Assembly (NCBI RefSeq): GCF_963506605.1 | Contig: NC_083277.1 | Span: 6,572,001 to 6,636,000, forward strand | Reading direction: 5' to 3' | From: Zootoca vivipara | Taxonomy: Eukaryota | Length of the DNA stretch: 64,000 nt | Part shown: one piece after another, positions 62,979 through 64,000 of the stretch | Layout: each line of letters opens with the position of its first letter | Position numbering within the stretch: position 1 is the stretch's first letter | Made by a program: the position numbers and the translations under genes | Notes under the pieces: generated by a model | Database searches by the model: none | Told to the model about the DNA's origin: nothing | What the model saw: only the letters and a program-made list of their open reading frames with translations

Positions 62979-63404
62979 GGCTTGTTTCTCAGCAGTGGAG
63001 CCAAGGCCTGAGCCATCTCCTCCTCATACGTCCACCTGCAGCTGCTTCAAGATCTCATGAGAGTTCCCCCATTGAGGATGAGCCCCAAAGGGCACGATTA
63101 TGCTTGTTAACAGTCTGAAAGATTTGCAGAAGGTTTGTGAGGAAGGACTTCCTTTTGCCTGAGAGCTCTGCCAAGCCTTTCACATTAACCTTCGTTTCTC
63201 CTTGCTTATCACAAGTTTGGTTTCAATAATTTACCCCACTACTTTGCTTGAGGAAGTTGTTAAGGCTGCCTCCATCTCCCCTCTTTATCCTTTTGCAGGA
63301 TTCCTATAGCTCTGCCTCCCCTACAGTCCAAGAACGTAGAGCCCAATTTCAGGGACAAAGTTCAGAGACCACCGGGATTCATGCTGAATATTTTTATTCT
63401 TCTA

Positions 63405-63936
63405 CTAGTTGGCCCTGCCACGTGTTGCTGTGGCTCATCCGTGTAATTCCCCCCACCCTGTGCCGACCCATTACGTATCCCACCCCTTCCTCCCCCCACC
63501 CCCTGGCTCATCCCTGTGACTGGCCCCACCGTGTCCTGACCTATCCCGTCCCCTCCTCCCCACAACCCCCACCCAGGCGAGTCAGTACCTCCATTCGGCC
63601 TAGTCTGTAAAGGCTTCGGCCTAGTATTAACAGAGGTGCTGTTGAGAGGGAAGATTTTATAGGTGCAGTACCAGTGTAGCCGCCGCTAGAGGGTGCTGGT
63701 TTGCAAACTGGTTCTTTTTCCAGCATGCATTTTCATCCGAGTGGTGCGTTTTGAAATGTGGGGTTTTTGGGGGTTTTACCTGGCACACGTGTGACATCTG
63801 TCTTAGCAAACTTTCCTATAGCCTTCAGACATTTGCATGTGATGTTGCGTCAAAATTTCACCTCAATCGGTCAAGTGGTTTTGGTGAAAAGTGGAAACAC
63901 ACCCACATGCCCAGTTTACATTTATTTATAGATAGA
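63405..63936 (-). mobile_element. Non-autonomous Helitron
   Basis: Minus strand starts TC, ends CTAG, subterminal hairpin gccac..gtggc, inserted between A and T, no TSD. Confidence 0.75.
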
Positions 63937-64000
63937 TTTGTAAGCTTGCTTTATGATTGCTGAGTTTTAAGGCTTTAGTTATTTTTATAGATTGTTCCTA

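Noticed and set aside
63299-63400. Candidate TRIM exon 6 after ttttgcag
   Set aside because: In the required phase it hits TAG within four codons; no TRIM-like peptide.

Overview
Vertebrate genomic DNA, very probably a lacertid lizard (Sauria SINEs, BovB, squamate-type CR1). It is not prokaryotic, and most short ORFs in the track are noise. The window holds four minus-strand C2H2 zinc-finger paralogues, labelled A-D. A is SCAN-KRAB, runs off the left edge and has a damaged start. B and C are intact five-coding-exon SCAN-KRAB-ZNF genes (about 549 and 903 aa by my exon joins). D has an intact zinc-finger exon, a broken KRAB exon and no visible SCAN exon. A plus-strand RING/B-box/coiled-coil TRIM gene follows, divergent from D and running off the right edge. 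The region is dense in transposons, including an intact Neptune-type Penelope-like retroelement (901-aa RT + GIY-YIG) with hammerhead ribozyme motifs in both pseudo-LTRs. Top observations: (1) a fold-back element with a complete hammerhead motif on the sense strand of a TRIM intron; (2) a 17-nt Penelope insertion that duplicated a TRIM splice acceptor in frame; (3) a frameshift-born C-terminal peptide shared by three ZNF paralogues whose differences are mostly synonymous in the new frame; (4) Penelope-derived insertions from 17 bp to 3.4 kb, all with ~13-bp target duplications. Everything was read by eye, so repeat boundaries may be off by a few bases.
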